This document shows positions 1 to 11,300 of a stretch of DNA of 38,368 nt, piece after piece. The translations under genes were made by a program, and so were the position numbers. Within the stretch, counting starts at the first letter, position 1, and each line of letters begins with the position of its first letter. The notes under the pieces are model-generated. The model made no database searches, was not told where the DNA came from, and was given only the letters and a program-made list of their open reading frames with translations. The DNA lies in contig JAQVIB010000001.1 in assembly GCA_028695945.1 (NCBI GenBank), positions 1 through 38,368 on the forward strand, in the 5' to 3' direction. The stretch comes from Lachnospiraceae bacterium. Lineage in GTDB: Bacteria; Bacillota; Clostridia; Lachnospirales; Anaerotignaceae.

Positions 1-474
1 CCCTGGAGACTTTACAGGCACAACGTGGATATCATACTTTTGAGACATTCTTTTGCAAATGGCTTCAACGTCATCACCAATAACACCAACAATACAGGTT
101 GCGTAAACAAATATCAATTTAGGGTGATACTTGCTTACAGTTTCTTCTATTGCCGCCTCAAGCTTTTTTTCACCGCCAAATATTACGTCCTGTTCCCTTA
201 AATCTGTTGAAAAACTGGTTCTAAACACATCATCATCACTTGTTAAACTTCCACGAATATCCCATGTGTAGCTGGCACAGCCAATGGGTCCATGTACAAT
301 ATGAAAAGCATCCGTAATTGGGTTTAAAACAACTCTTGCCCCACAGTATACACAGGCTCTTTGGCTTACCGCACCAGAAACGCTATTGGAATCGCAGTTA
401 ATTCCTGTTCCACAGCACCCAACATCATTTTTCAAAACAATGGACTGCTTTCTTTCTTCTAAAATTTTGTCCAT
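1..474 (-). CDS. nifE: NifE, FeMo-cofactor assembly scaffold (N-terminal 158 codons; the rest lies beyond the window edge)
   Basis: Open-ended, so absent from the ORF track. Minus-strand translation from ATG at 474 gives MDKILEERKQSIVLKNDVGCCGTGINCDSNSVSGAVSQRACVYCGARVVLNPITDAFHIVHGPIGCASYTWDIRGS...VIFGGEKKLEAAIEE...ATCIVGVIGDDVEAIC. It has the NifD/NifE-family HGPIGC and FGGEKKL motifs and sits directly downstream of nifK. Confidence 0.8.
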   Translation of the reverse strand, partial: MDKILEERKQSIVLKNDVGCCGTGINCDSNSVSGAVSQRACVYCGARVVLNPITDAFHIVHGPIGCASYTWDIRGSLTSDDDVFRTSFSTDLREQDVIFGGEKKLEAAIEETVSKYHPKLIFVYATCIVGVIGDDVEAICKRMSQKYDIHVVPVKSPG

Positions 475-567
475 AAACCCACTTCCTTCGCTGTATATTT
501 CATTCTCCCTATAAATAGCAACATCCATAGCTGAGGTTAACCCTCCGCTATGGGTCTTAATTTTTAC

Positions 568-616
568 TAAAAAAGAGCTTTTAACAAAAACCGACGTCTT
601 TGTCAAAAGCTCTTTA
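568..616 (-). terminator. Intercistronic stem-loop with U-tract between nifK and nifE (partial terminator or mRNA stability element)
   Basis: Arms 605-615 and 572-582 are perfect 11-bp complements (AAAGAGCTTTT / AAAAGCTCTTT on the minus strand). They are followed on the minus strand by a further T-run (TTTAG). The element lies in the 146-nt nifK-nifE gap. Confidence 0.45.
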
Positions 617-620
617 TAAA

Positions 621-1985
621 TTACATAACTACTTCTAAATCTTTTTCATCACAGTGGCTGTCTTGATAATCCATTAATGCATTGGCAATTTGTTCTGCCA
701 TACGCATTGCTCCTTTATAGCCAACCAAAGGCATATAAGAATGTATATAGCGGTCAATAATAGGAAATCCCATTCTAACCAAAGGTATATCCTCTGCCCT
801 TGCAATAGTTTTACCATGAGTTCCGCCAATAAGCAAGTCTACTTTTTCATTCTTTATTAACTGATGAAGGTAGAACAAGTCTGTACCTGCTTTTGCAATG
901 CAGTCTGTTACTGCAAATTTATCAAACAAATCATTGGCTTTTTGCTCAAAAACCGCTCCCGGTGTTCCTGTTATCACAAATTTAGGAATCATTCCCAGTT
1001 CAAGAACAAATGCAGTGATACCTAAAACAGTATCGGGGTCTCCATAAATTGCTACTGTTTTTCCGTAGGTGTAAGGGTGAATATCCAACATCATATCCAC
1101 AAGCTGACCTCTTTCCTCTTCAATTTCAAAAGGAATTTCTTCCTTAGATAAATCTTGAAGAGCCATAATAAATTTGTCAGTCAATTCAACACCCATTGGC
1201 AGTGGCATTGCTTCATATTCAACACCACATTTTTTACGAAGCACTTCTGCAGAAGGCTCTGATGTTTGAAGCCCTAACGCAATGGTTTTTTTGCAGTCAC
1301 CCAAAGCAATAATGTCTGGTATGCGTGTTCCGCCTTGCGGATACATTTCATACTTGCCTGTCATTGGGGTATCCATAACACCGCTGGTGTCGGGAAGCAT
1401 GGTGAAATCCACCTTCATTGCTTTCAGAAGCTTTTTATACTCTCTAATGTCTCCAGGATTTACAAACCCAGGCATTACACAAATTTTTTCGCTTACCACG
1501 CCCGATTTTTTAGAAAGATAATTAATAAAGCCTGAAACCATATTGGTAAAGCCTGTGATATGAGAGCCTTTATAGCTTGGTGTATTACAATGCACAATAT
1601 ATTTGCTTTCAGGTATATCAATATCGGTTATAATTGCATTTAAATCATCACCAATTGTTTCTGAAAGGCAAGTGGTATGCACCGCAATAATGTCTGGCTT
1701 ATATAAATCGAATATATTTTTTGCCGCTGTTTTTAAATTACTTCCACCGCCAAATACAGAAGCTCCTTCTGTAAACGAACTGGAGGATGCCATTGCAGGG
1801 TCTTTAAAATGTCTTGTTAAAAACATTCTGTGAAAGGCACAGCAACCCTGTGACCCGTGGCTATGAGGTAAGCATTTATGTACCCCAAGGGCTGCATACA
1901 TTGCACCAACAGGCTGGCAAGTTTTTGCCGGATTAATAGTTAAAGCACTTCTTTCTGCCATTTCTTTTGTTGTATAATCAAGCAT
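621..1985 (-). CDS. nifK: Nitrogenase MoFe protein beta chain (short Clostridium-type N-terminus, 454 aa)
   Basis: Translation contains CQPVGAMYAALGVHKCLPHSHGSQGCCAFHR and HTTCLSETIGDDL, typical NifK P-cluster regions. Its start overlaps the nifD stop by 1 nt (TAATG at 1983-1987). Confidence 0.95.
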   Translation of the reverse strand: MLDYTTKEMAERSALTINPAKTCQPVGAMYAALGVHKCLPHSHGSQGCCAFHRMFLTRHFKDPAMASSSSFTEGASVFGGGSNLKTAAKNIFDLYKPDIIAVHTTCLSETIGDDLNAIITDIDIPESKYIVHCNTPSYKGSHITGFTNMVSGFINYLSKKSGVVSEKICVMPGFVNPGDIREYKKLLKAMKVDFTMLPDTSGVMDTPMTGKYEMYPQGGTRIPDIIALGDCKKTIALGLQTSEPSAEVLRKKCGVEYEAMPLPMGVELTDKFIMALQDLSKEEIPFEIEEERGQLVDMMLDIHPYTYGKTVAIYGDPDTVLGITAFVLELGMIPKFVITGTPGAVFEQKANDLFDKFAVTDCIAKAGTDLFYLHQLIKNEKVDLLIGGTHGKTIARAEDIPLVRMGFPIIDRYIHSYMPLVGYKGAMRMAEQIANALMDYQDSHCDEKDLEVVM

Positions 1986-3592
1986 TACTCCTCACCTCCT
2001 AATGAGCCTTCTAAGTTTGGTATTTGCTTCCAAGGTGCTCTAATCAATCCCCATGCAGGCGTTGATAAGCCCATAAGTATATCTTGACCAAATTTCACTG
2101 CACCTGTAAAGGTTGAATATGGTCCGCTGTAATCGTAGGAATGAAGCTGTCTGGAAAGCAAACCGTTCTTTTGAGCAACAAATTTATCTTTAATACCCGA
2201 AAAGAAAATATCTGGTTTTAATATACGAAGGAATTCTTCTGTTTCAAAATGGTTCAAGTCGTCGCAAATAATTGAGCCTTCGTCCATTTCCTTAAACATA
2301 CCTTCATAATAATTAAGCTGAACACCTTTTTCTGCAAGTGCCTCTTTTTGTTCATCGCTTAAGAAAACCTTATAGTATTTAGGGTCTTTTTCAACTGTAA
2401 TGCTTTCAATATTCTTGCTGTCAGCATCAATTTTAATGTCTGGAATGACTTCTCTGCCTTCATAGTCATCCCGATGGGCAAATTCATACCCAGCCAAAAC
2501 GGTACTGATGCCAAAATCTTTCAAAAGTGTTTGGTAATGATGAGACCTTGAACCCCCTACATAAAGTGCCGCAGTTTTGCCTTTTAACTTGCTTTTTAAA
2601 TACTGAATTTCATCAAATACAGTACCAAGTTCGTCTGAAATGACATCTTCAATTCTGGCAATTAATTCTTCATCGCCAAAATATTTACCAATACTGCGTA
2701 AAGCCTCTATGGTAGATTGTACGCCAATGAAGTTTACTTTAAGCCAATCTATACCATATTTGTCGTACATCATTTCTGCCACATAGTTAATGGAACGATG
2801 ACATTGCACCAAGTTTAGGTTTGCCAAATGGGAATTTTTAATATCCCTGTAGCTGCTGCCCCCTGTAAAAACAGAAACAACTTCAATTCCACAACGCTTT
2901 AACAGCTTTTCAACTTCCCAACCGTCACCGCCGATATTATATTCACCTAAAAGGTTAACACTGTATTTTTTCTTAGGTGCTTTATCTCCTGTTCCAATGA
3001 TGTATTTAATCAACTGATTATTTGCAATGTGATGCCCTGCGGACTGGCTAACCCCTTTATAACCCTCACAGCTAAAGCCAATACATTTAATGCCATATTC
3101 CTCTTCGCCCCATCTTGCAACTGCATGGATATCGTCACCAATTAAGCCAACAGGACATGTGGAGCAAATGAAAATTGCAGTAGGTTTAAAAATGGATACC
3201 GCTTCTGTAATTGCCTGCTTTAACTTCTTTTCACCGCCGAATACAATGTCTGGCTCTTGCATATCCGTAGAAAAACAGTATTCTAAGTAGCAATCCGCCT
3301 GTTCACCATCTTTTTCATCGGCAAAGGCTTTATGTCTTCTTGTGCCCCATGAATAGTAGGCACAGCCAATGGGGCCATGAACTATAATTGCGGCATCTTT
3401 TATAGGGCCAAGAACAACGCCCTTACAGCCTGCAAAACAACATCCTCTTTGTGTAATAATACCTGGAATTGTTCTGGTGTTGGCTGTAATCACATCTGGA
3501 TTATTTTCTCCTGCTGTAATTACGTGGTCTTTTCTGTTTTTATATACCCTTGCACTATATTGTTCTAACAAGTGGTCTCTTACTGAACTCAT
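1985..3592 (-). CDS. nifD: Nitrogenase MoFe protein alpha chain, group II (anaerobe) type with ~50-aa insertion
   Basis: The FeMoco ligand contexts are present: LVQCHRSINY (Cys275 equivalent) and QLHSYDYSGPY (His442 equivalent). P-cluster Cys motifs HGPIGC and CSTCPVGLIGDD are also present. A ~50-aa insert (about nt 2300-2452) lies between FAHRDDYEGR and MFKEMDEGS. RBS GGAGGTGAGG precedes the ATG at 3592. Confidence 0.95.
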   Translation of the reverse strand: MSSVRDHLLEQYSARVYKNRKDHVITAGENNPDVITANTRTIPGIITQRGCCFAGCKGVVLGPIKDAAIIVHGPIGCAYYSWGTRRHKAFADEKDGEQADCYLEYCFSTDMQEPDIVFGGEKKLKQAITEAVSIFKPTAIFICSTCPVGLIGDDIHAVARWGEEEYGIKCIGFSCEGYKGVSQSAGHHIANNQLIKYIIGTGDKAPKKKYSVNLLGEYNIGGDGWEVEKLLKRCGIEVVSVFTGGSSYRDIKNSHLANLNLVQCHRSINYVAEMMYDKYGIDWLKVNFIGVQSTIEALRSIGKYFGDEELIARIEDVISDELGTVFDEIQYLKSKLKGKTAALYVGGSRSHHYQTLLKDFGISTVLAGYEFAHRDDYEGREVIPDIKIDADSKNIESITVEKDPKYYKVFLSDEQKEALAEKGVQLNYYEGMFKEMDEGSIICDDLNHFETEEFLRILKPDIFFSGIKDKFVAQKNGLLSRQLHSYDYSGPYSTFTGAVKFGQDILMGLSTPAWGLIRAPWKQIPNLEGSLGGEE

Positions 3593-3606
3593 GTCCTCAC
3601 CTCCTA

Positions 3607-3999
3607 TTAATATGATTCTGAATCCATTTGTAGTTGCCCATCTCTAATACGAATAGACTCTACTATTGGTAAAACAAAAATCTTTCCGTCACCTGGGTTT
3701 CCTGTGCAGTTTGTTTCCATAATTGTCTTAACGGCTTTTTCAACTTCGTCATCAGGAACAACCACTGTGAAATATCTTTTTGGTATTAACCTAGAGCTTT
3801 CTGAAATATATTCACCAATAGGCGAAATAGGAAGTTCTCCTGCTAAAACAGTCTCCACTAAATCTAAATTAATAGCCTTTTTTCCTCTGCCCATAACTTT
3901 TCTGCAGGTGAATGCAGGAAAACCTGCTTCTGCCAAGGCTTCTTTTGTAGCATTTACACGGTTTAAACGAACTATTGCCATTACTTCCTTCACAAGCAA
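3607..3999 (-). CDS. nifI2: PII-family nitrogenase regulator NifI2 (the true start is probably GTG at 3993, giving MKEVMAIVR)
   Basis: GlnB/PII-like fold sequence with an extended T-loop region, in the position between nifI1 and nifD. AGGAGG at 4003-4008 is spaced correctly for the GTG at 3993; the track start at 3999 is TTG. Confidence 0.85.
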   Translation of the reverse strand: MLVKEVMAIVRLNRVNATKEALAEAGFPAFTCRKVMGRGKKAINLDLVETVLAGELPISPIGEYISESSRLIPKRYFTVVVPDDEVEKAVKTIMETNCTGNPGDGKIFVLPIVESIRIRDGQLQMDSESY

Positions 4000-4005
4000 C
4001 CCCTC

Positions 4006-4332
4006 CTATAATCCCGCTTTTTTAGAACTGATTGTATATGCCTCATCTACATGGCTAATGAAAATTCTGCCGTCACCAAAGTGTCCGTTTTCACCTGTTC
4101 TGGCATATTTCATTATTAACTTAACAACGTCATCCTTATCTTCATCCTTTACTACCATTAAAAGCATTTCCTTAGGAATTTCATCGTAGAAAACATCTCC
4201 AACCTTAATTCCTTTTTGCTTGCCACGTCCGTAAACGTCCATTTTGGTTACAGCAGGATACCCTGCCGACAATAATTCTGATAAAACTGTACCAACTTGA
4301 TTAGGTCTTATAATTGCACGAATAAGTAACAT
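4006..4332 (-). CDS. nifI1: PII-family nitrogenase regulator NifI1
   Basis: 108-aa PII-like protein (MLLIRAIIRP...TKMDVYGRGKQKG...GDGRIFI) immediately after nifH. RBS AAAGGAGG lies upstream of the ATG at 4332. Confidence 0.85.
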   Translation of the reverse strand: MLLIRAIIRPNQVGTVLSELLSAGYPAVTKMDVYGRGKQKGIKVGDVFYDEIPKEMLLMVVKDEDKDDVVKLIMKYARTGENGHFGDGRIFISHVDEAYTISSKKAGL

Positions 4333-4350
4333 ATAATTACCTCCTTTTAA

Positions 4351-5248
<898 letters not shown>

Positions 5249-5255
5249 CCGGTAT

Positions 5256-5296
5256 ATGAAAAAAGACGTAGGAAAGATTTCTTTTCCAACGCCTTT
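5256..5296 (-). terminator. Intrinsic terminator after modC, or an attenuator in the nifH leader
   Basis: On the minus strand AAAGGCGTTGGAAA (5283-5296) pairs with TTTCCTACGTCTTT (5262-5275): 13 bp with one mismatch and one G-U pair, and a 7-nt loop. It runs into a T6 tract. Confidence 0.5.
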
Positions 5297-5326
5297 GTCA
5301 GGTGCATATTCAATTTTTATAAATTC

Positions 5327-5355
5327 ATTATATGAGAATCTCAATGGAGTTACAA
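5327..5355 (-). promoter_or_regulatory. Near-consensus sigmaA promoter-like element (TTGTAA-17-TATAAT) upstream of the terminator hairpin
   Basis: -35 is at 5350-5355, -10 at 5327-5332, with an exact 17-nt spacer. It lies between the modC stop (5412) and the hairpin at 5256-5296. Confidence 0.3.
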
Positions 5356-5411
5356 TACTGCAACAATTACAAAAAATACTGAAAAAACCATGCTTATTTT
5401 CATAAATCAGT

Positions 5412-6437
5412 TCATTGACTAAGTAGCACCAAATGATTTTCAGGCATTAAAATTCCTTTGATTTCCTTTTGATTTCCCGCCTTAACCCATATATCACTCA
5501 TTCCACCGTTCATATTTCTAACTATGTAGTTTGTGTGGAAAGGCATTTGTGCCATCTCCACCATATCCACCTTCATAATATTATTTATTTCGTTTTCCTG
5601 CTGAATAAAAGACAGTGCCTCAATTTGGTTTGGCATAATCCCTACATATTCAACTTTGTCTGTAATTTTTTCATTTGTTTTCAATGTAATATTCCAATCC
5701 AAGGCATTTATACAGTAATCATCCACTTTTTTTGCTTTGGATATATTTTTATACCCTGTAAGCCTTGCAACCTGTACAAACTGAGGGCTATTAAAAACTT
5801 TCTTTTTATGGTCACATAATACAACCTTGCCTTTATCCATTACTACCAACTGCTCTGATAGTCTGTATATTTCACTTTTGCTGTGGGACACCACTATTAC
5901 TTTACCCTTGTAATCAGCTAAAATTTCAAGCATTTCCCTTTGCAATTGGTCTTTTAAATATCCATCTAGGGCAGAAAAAGGCTCGTCTAAAATAATCATT
6001 TCCGGCTCATATGCCAAAATTCTTGCCAACGCCACCCTTTGCTGTTCTCCGCCCGATAGCTGACTTGGGTATCTATCTTCCAACCCATCCAAATGCAATT
6101 TGCTTATAAGGAAAGTAATTTTTTCAGACGAAGCTTTGGTAATGCCAATATTTTTAGATACTGTCATGTTTGGAAACAATGCATAATTTTGAAATAAGTA
6201 CCCAATTTTTCTTTTTTGGGGCAATAACTTTATTTTTTCCTTAGAATCAAATAAAACCTTTCCATCCAATACAATTCGTCCTTCATCCGGATTTTCAATT
6301 CCAGCAATACACTTTAAAGTCATGCTTTTTCCACAACCACTTGCTCCTAAAATACCAATTCGATTATTTTCAGCGTTAAATTCAACTTCTAGCTTAAATG
6401 AACCAATTCTTTTTTTAATATTTACTTCAAGGCACAT
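5412..6437 (-). CDS. modC: Molybdate ABC transporter ATP-binding protein with C-terminal TOBE-like extension
   Basis: Walker A GASGCGKS, signature LSGGEQQRVALAR, Walker B IILDEPFSALD. It has a ~110-aa C-terminal extension and sits in an operon with modA/modB-like genes next to nif. Confidence 0.8.
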   Translation of the reverse strand: MCLEVNIKKRIGSFKLEVEFNAENNRIGILGASGCGKSMTLKCIAGIENPDEGRIVLDGKVLFDSKEKIKLLPQKRKIGYLFQNYALFPNMTVSKNIGITKASSEKITFLISKLHLDGLEDRYPSQLSGGEQQRVALARILAYEPEMIILDEPFSALDGYLKDQLQREMLEILADYKGKVIVVSHSKSEIYRLSEQLVVMDKGKVVLCDHKKKVFNSPQFVQVARLTGYKNISKAKKVDDYCINALDWNITLKTNEKITDKVEYVGIMPNQIEALSFIQQENEINNIMKVDMVEMAQMPFHTNYIVRNMNGGMSDIWVKAGNQKEIKGILMPENHLVLLSQ

Positions 6438-6438
6438 A

Positions 6439-7146
6439 TTACCACCTCCTAAAATACTTCATTCCCTTTCCAGAAATAACATTAATGGTTAATATAATAA
6501 AAAAAGACAGAGTTATTATGACCAATACCCAAATGCCCGCTTTGTCATAATTCCCTGCCGCCGTTTCAGACGCTATTGCTACTGCTATTGTTCTTGTTTT
6601 GCCTAATACGTTTCCTGCAAGCATTGAAGTTGCACCATATTCTCCTAAGGCTCTTGCAAAGGCAAGTACCGTTCCCGAAGCTATTCCAGGTGAAGCTATG
6701 GGCATAATCACTTTCCAAAATATGTGGAACTCACTCATGCCAAGGGTTCTTCCAGCTTGTATTAGGGTAACGTCAATCTGCTCGAATGCCGCCCTGCTGT
6801 TTCGGTACATCAGAGGAAATGCGATTACAACTGCCGCAATAACACACCCTTGCCAACTTTGAATAATTTTAATATCAAATTGTGTATAAAGATAATTCCC
6901 AAAGGGTCTTTTTAAACTGAATAGCAACAGTAATAAAAAACCCGCAACCGTTGGCGGTAGAACCAACGGCAGGGTAAATATTCCATCTAAAAGTAATTTT
7001 ACTTTGTTATTTAGCTTCATAACTAATCTTGCGGCATATATTCCTGCAAAAAAAGCAATCACTGTTGCTACTATCCCTGTTTTAAGAGAAATAAATAATG
7101 GACTCCAATTTAAGTTTTTCAATAGTTCAAGCATGTCTATCACCAA
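6439..7146 (-). CDS. modB: Molybdate ABC transporter permease
   Basis: Polytopic protein with the EAA-type loop (AAFEQIDVTLIQAGRTLG) and the ModB-like LGEYGATSMLAGNVLGKTRT segment. Confidence 0.85.
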   Translation of the reverse strand: MVIDMLELLKNLNWSPLFISLKTGIVATVIAFFAGIYAARLVMKLNNKVKLLLDGIFTLPLVLPPTVAGFLLLLLFSLKRPFGNYLYTQFDIKIIQSWQGCVIAAVVIAFPLMYRNSRAAFEQIDVTLIQAGRTLGMSEFHIFWKVIMPIASPGIASGTVLAFARALGEYGATSMLAGNVLGKTRTIAVAIASETAAGNYDKAGIWVLVIITLSFFIILTINVISGKGMKYFRRW

Positions 7147-7154
7147 ATTCCTAG

Positions 7155-8021
7155 TTATTCCTTATACGCTAAAAATCCGTATTTTTCAAATATTGAAATA
7201 GCTTCATCTGTTTTCAAATATTCAACAAATTCTTTTGCAGCCAAAGACTGATTTTCGTCTGCCTCACTGTTTTTTACAAGACCTACAGGGTAAATTACAG
7301 GTGTTTTAAGACTTCCTTTAGGTGCAGTTGCTATTATCTCAACTGAATCTGGCATGGAAGCGGCGTCCGTTGCATAAACAATTCCAATTTCATTACTTTT
7401 TTCAGCAACAGCAGTAAGAACAGCCGTAACAGTAGCTCCTTCATTTATTTCCATAACCATAACTTTATCTGTAATACCTAAATTTTCAATTATCTCTCTT
7501 GAATATGCTCCAACAGGAACATCTTCTCCAGCAATTGCTATATTTGCGGCATCCGTTATATTTTCAAAGCCTGTAACTTTTGTATCTGCACCCTTGGCTT
7601 TAATTAGTACAACCTCATTTTTCAAAAGCTTTATGTCTGAACCATCTACAATGAATCCATCTTCATTCAGCTTGTTCATCTGTTTCATAGCCGCCGACAT
7701 AAAGACGTCGCACTCTGCCCCTTCTTCAATTTGGGTCTGAAGTGTGCCAGAGCTGTCCGAATTAAAAACAATTGTAACCTTTGGATGCTCTTGTATATAA
7801 CTTTCTTGAATTTCTTCCATAGCGTTACTTAAGCTTGCGGCAATAAATACATTAATTGTAGTTTCTTTTTCTGGTTCTTCTTTCTCAGGCTCAGTTGTTG
7901 CGGTTTCTGTTTTTTCTGTTTCTTTTGTTTCAGCTTGTTTAGCTGAACATCCCGTAACCCACATAAGTAAACTACAGCATAATAACATAAGTACTAAAAT
8001 TCTTCTTTTTCCTTTTCTCAT
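7155..8021 (-). CDS. modA: Molybdate-binding lipoprotein (the track ORF extends to a TTG at 8039; ATG at 8021 with RBS GGAGAGG is preferred)
   Basis: Lipobox LLMWVTGC, a Glu/Thr-rich linker, then ModA-like FIAASLSNAMEEI...FNSDSSGTLQTQIEEGAECDVFMSAA. Confidence 0.8.
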   Translation of the reverse strand: MRKGKRRILVLMLLCCSLLMWVTGCSAKQAETKETEKTETATTEPEKEEPEKETTINVFIAASLSNAMEEIQESYIQEHPKVTIVFNSDSSGTLQTQIEEGAECDVFMSAAMKQMNKLNEDGFIVDGSDIKLLKNEVVLIKAKGADTKVTGFENITDAANIAIAGEDVPVGAYSREIIENLGITDKVMVMEINEGATVTAVLTAVAEKSNEIGIVYATDAASMPDSVEIIATAPKGSLKTPVIYPVGLVKNSEADENQSLAAKEFVEYLKTDEAISIFEKYGFLAYKE

Positions 8022-8189
8022 AACAACCTCTCCTCTCAACTAAATGGTGCTCACTTTAACTAATTTTTGTATTTATCCAATCATAGTACCTAAATACTGC
8101 ATTAATTGCTATACATGAAATCGTACATTTTGCTACGGAATATCCAAAGTATGTTATGAAAATTTGCTAATACCCAACGTATAAATATA

Positions 8190-8223
8190 GGGTTCATCCA
8201 CAAATTTAAAAGTAGATGAACCC
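8190..8223 (-). terminator. Hairpin downstream of the SLH surface protein gene
   Basis: GGGTTCATC (8190-8198) and GATGAACCC (8215-8223) form a perfect 9-bp inverted repeat about 100 nt after the stop at 8325. The U-tract is weak. Confidence 0.4.
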
Positions 8224-8324
8224 CTTATAGATGATTTAACTATGATTTTTTTATTCTTAAATCACTTTATCATATATTAACAAATGTTTAGTAATACAAT
8301 TAAACCATATGTTCTTATTTTTTC

Positions 8325-11300
8325 TTATTTCGCAATTTCTTCACAGTAACGCATTAAAATTGACGCTGCCTGCCCACGGGTTGCACTTCCCTGTGGGTCA
8401 AGTTGGCTGTTGCCTGTGCCAGAAATTAACCCTGCATTTACTGCCCATGCAGTAGGCTCTCCTGCCCAACTAGAAAGTTTGCTGTAATTGGAAAATTCAC
8501 GCACTGCCATCCCACCTTTGGTAGTGTCGTATCCTTTAAATTTTGAATATCTGTATAAAATTGAAGCCAACTGTTCTCTGGTAATAACATCATTTGGTGC
8601 AAAAATACCGTTGCCATAACCGCCAACAATATTATTTTCTGCCGCCCATGCTACTGCCTCTGCATAGTATTCGCCGTCAGCAACGTCTTTAAAGCTTGCC
8701 TTAGCTTTTGCACTTGGCTGTCCTTCAAGCCTCCAAAGAATTGTAACAATCATTCCTCTAGTGGTGCTAAGGTTTGGTGCAAATTCTTTTTCACTAACTC
8801 CAGACATTAAGCCTTTTTCTGTAACATACTCTACTGCTTTTTTGAACCAATCCCCATCTTTTACATCACTAAAAGCAACGGCTTTACTGTTTTCTTCTTT
8901 CTTTTCTTCCTTAACTTCTTCTTTCACTTCGTCTTTTGTTTCAACAAAACTTGCAGTAATAGTGTGTGCCTTAGTAACGTCTTCAAAGGTATATTTGGTA
9001 ACCTTGCCAACGCTTACACCATCAACTAATACGTCTTTTACTTCATATCCTTTATTTGCTGTAATTGTAATAGTTTTGTCTTCATTCTTTGAAACAGAAA
9101 CTTCCCCATCTGGGCTTATTGTACCGCCTTTTTCGGCTTTAGCTGTAATTATGTAGTTTGTAGTGCTGGCACTTCCACTACCACTGGTAGTATCGTCACT
9201 GCTGTTTTTATGAACCGCAAAGGTTACCTTGCCTTTAACTCCACCATATATATATGGCATTAATGGTGTATCTATTACATCAACAGGTTCTGTAGCAGGG
9301 ACAGGCACAACGGTCCAACAAGTATAGCTATTCCCAAAATTATTATTCTTTACTGAACAAATTTTTGTTCCTCTTGGAAAGGCTGAAAGGGAAACCATTT
9401 CACTTTCCGTCTTGGTATTTGTTTTGTCTACCAAGCAGAATGGTGCCATTGTGGAATCTGTAATTAATTTACTTGTTTTGTCTACTGTCAGCTTGCCGCC
9501 CTCCGTATAAACACCATATGTACAGAAAACATTAAGGGTAGAACCGCCAGTTACCGTTACACCGCCTTCTGATGCAAAAACACCTCTTTCGCTGGAATGC
9601 ACTGTCATTGCTGCGCCATTGGAAACCTTAAACCCACGTGCTTTGGCTCCAATTCCACTTAAATTTGTAACATCCAAGGTAGTTCCTCTTCCGTTTACAA
9701 TTAGTTCTCCACCATTGCCATTAGCACTATCGCATAAAATATAACCGCCAGCTGTTACATTTACTCCGTCTTGAATAGTTAAGCTTCCTCCGTTTGTTGC
9801 ATTACAATTAATGCCATCACTCAGGTTTAGTGTTCCTTTTCCTCCAATGGTAAGGTTATATAAGTCAATTCCATCAAAATTTAAATATTGTGCCATTGCT
9901 TTTCCCTGTAAAAGAATTTTCACAGGCTCCTCAACATTTAAATTAATACCGCCCTTTCCTACCGCCAAGTTATCCAGTGTTAAGGTAAAGCCTCCCTCTG
10001 GATTTACTCTCCAATCATATCCGTCACCATAAGCTTCTGTTTCAGTCAAATTAAGGGCATCCATAGAGTACATTGGCTCTCCACTGTTAGTATAATGCTT
10101 TGGTTTATCTGCCGTTGGCACCATAACTGTTCCCTGACCCGTAGGTTTTATAATTGCTAAAGCCTCTCTCACTTCTTCATCCGTACTTTCTGTTGGTAAA
10201 ACTATGGTTCCATTGTTTATAAGTTTTCCGTTGTTTGTAACATAGTCACTTATATTCAACCCAGACATACCCTTTTCCAAATTCAACTCAAATCCACTTG
10301 GAATTGTTAATGTACTTCCCGAAATAATATTCAGCTTAACGTCAAAATTATGTGGTTGAAGTCTTCCAAATTCAAGAACTTTTATAGTCTTTCCCATTCC
10401 AGTATCATTGAAGGTTGCAAGTTGTGCAGTTCCGTAAGGTACAAGAGTATAACTCATCTGTGTTCCATTTTGTTCAAAAATACTTGCCCAGGCATTTAGT
10501 GTACCACCTGTTTTGTTTATAGGCGTACGTCCTACCAAAGAACCAAGTGGACTAAACCCAAAGGTTGCCTTTCCGCCAGTCATATTAAAATTGCCTAAGT
10601 ACATAAGCCTTCCGCCTGCCGCCAAGCTTTCATTTCCAGGTATTAAAAGTTCTCCACCCTGTATAATGGCATTTCCAAAAATTAAAAAGTCGTTGCTGGT
10701 TCTCAAATATCCACCCTTCATCTGGAAATCAACTGTCCTAATACCGAAGTTTTTTTTCAGTTCCTGGCCATTTTTTAACAGTTCCGCTTTCCATAACAAA
10801 TGTACCATCTGTAGAAATAGATGACGCTTGGTTTTCAGAAGTTCTAACATCCAATACTCCTTCACCGGAAAATGTAAGACTGTAATTCTTTGGTTCAATT
10901 GCAATTGCAGAACCGCCAATGTTTAATAGCTCACCCTGTTGAATTGCCATTGCGAAAGTATTGGAATTATAGGTATTCTCTAAAGTATTAAATCCCTTCA
11001 ATACTAATTTTATATCCCTCTTTGGCAAGGTAATTAGCGGTTTATCTTGGTTAGCCATCATATTCATATTTCCCATAGTTAAAGTTCCGTTGCTTGGTGA
11101 AAACAGCAGATAACCAATACCCGCTTTATAATAAGTATCTAACGTTGGGGTATTTACGTCTAAATCTAACCCTGTATTAGTTACATCTCCACCCCATGGA
11201 TAAACAATGCCTTCAGCAATGCCAATGATTGTATCATCAATCATAGTTTCGCCATAAGATACTATATTCATTTCTTTAATTTCTTCATTGGTAGTTCCCT

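Noticed and set aside
5469-7201. Plus-strand ORFs 5469-5819, 6599-6862 and 7004-7201 within modC/modB/modA
   Set aside because: They are antisense shadow ORFs of well-supported transporter genes and carry no independent signals.
10795-10919. N-terminal ~50 aa of the 864-aa ORF (MAVLQLQLNQRITVLHFPVKEYW...) as a genuine start of a separate protein
   Set aside because: This part is the out-of-frame reading of the upstream ORF's real coding sequence. It has no RBS or signal peptide, so the two ORFs are better explained as one frameshifted gene.
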